Shown here one piece after another: positions 63,284 to 64,000 of a stretch of 64,000 nt of DNA. The DNA is taken from contig CAVYTU010000011.1 of NCBI GenBank assembly GCA_963771465.1, positions 32,001-96,000 on the forward strand, read 5' to 3'. The translations under genes and the position numbers were made by a program. The notes under the pieces were generated by a model. It did no database searches, was not told the origin of the DNA, and worked only from the letters and a program-made list of their open reading frames with translations. Numbering within the stretch: the first letter of the stretch is position 1; the number at the start of each line of letters is the position of its first letter. Source of the DNA: an uncultured delta proteobacterium. GTDB taxonomy: Bacteria; Desulfobacterota; Binatia; UBA9968.

Positions 63284-63335
63284 AAATAAATGCAATCTAA
63301 AATCTTTTTATCGCCTAACGCTTGTTGCCGTCATT

Positions 63336-64000
63336 TTACTTGATCAACTTGGTCGCCCGCGCCAGCAACTCTGGCGGAATCGTCAGGCCGATTTTCTTAG
63401 CGGTCTGAAGGTTGATCACGAATTCGAACTTCATCGGCTGCTCGACTGGCAGATCGGCGGGCTTGGCTCCCTTCAGGATTCTGTCCACGTAGTATGCGAC
63501 GCGCCGGTAGCTTTCCGCTGACGTCCGCCCCGTAGAACATGAGCCCGCCGGCATCTACAGCTTCTCTGTTGGTATACACCGCCGGTAACCGGCTCTTTAA
63601 CGCAAAGCCGACAATCCGTTTTTGGTTAGCATTCAATAGGCCGCCCGCCGGCACATAGAGTCCATCCGGGCGCTGCTTGCCCATCGCAGCAAAAACTCTA
63701 TCGAAATCGTCCGCAGCTCGAACCTCCCAAGGCTGAAGAGTCAACCGCAGCGCACGCGCCGCGACCGGGAGAACCTCTTTCACCTCGCGTACACTGGCTC
63801 GGATTGGCCGGATCGTAGAGAATCGCGACACGGGCAACTTTGGGAACGGCTTCTTTGAGCAGCTCCAGCCGCTTCCCGCCTAGTTCTCTGGAAAGGTTTG
63901 TAATGCCAGTGACGTTGCCGCCGGGACGGGCAAGGCTTTCAACTAGGCCTGCCTCGACAGGATCGATCCCAGGGCCCGCCATAACGATGGGAATCGTCTT
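63336..64000 (-). CDS. ABC substrate-binding protein (ABC_sub_bind family), partial and frameshifted
   Basis: [41 protein letters not shown] split over three frames. Confidence 0.85.

Noticed and set aside
266-63521. Numerous antisense and alternate-frame ORFs in the ORF track
   Set aside because: They are shadows of recognised genes in GC-rich DNA with no motifs of their own.

Overview
GC-rich Gram-negative bacterial chromosomal segment. Gene style (many ABC substrate-binding proteins, dimeric GlyRS, LLM oxidoreductase) is reminiscent of Binatia/deltaproteobacterial MAGs, which is a tentative inference. Contents in order: argH-lipoprotein-lysA-dapF-(gluzincin)-dapA-dapB; a surface-glycan island (GT2, two GT4, AsnB-like amidotransferase, three SAM methyltransferases, flippase-like protein, GT-C) containing a PrcB + subtilisin gene pair with four 333-bp C-terminal repeats; glyQS and a heterodimeric ABC exporter; an ECF sigma/anti-sigma/DUF1800/DUF1501 operon; a metal-uptake operon (OM barrel + ZnuACB-like) led by a Cys/His-rich RGPP arrest-peptide-like uORF; amidohydrolase + LLM; a sigma54-preceded REC + hybrid kinase with a decayed duplicate; gloA; GH19; an orphan Wzc/GumC-like membrane protein whose cytoplasmic domain is a degenerate tyrosine-recombinase fold; nth and a radical SAM enzyme; MFS; an Mla/Pqi-like ABC operon; a flavoprotein; and ABC substrate-binding proteins. 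Single-base frameshifts are frequent, even in dapA, so most are probably sequencing errors. No rRNA, tRNA, CRISPR array or transposase was recognised. The most unusual items are the Wzc-pseudointegrase fusion (48497-50549), the RGPP leader peptide (31645-31944) and a 175-nt inverted-repeat element before lysA.
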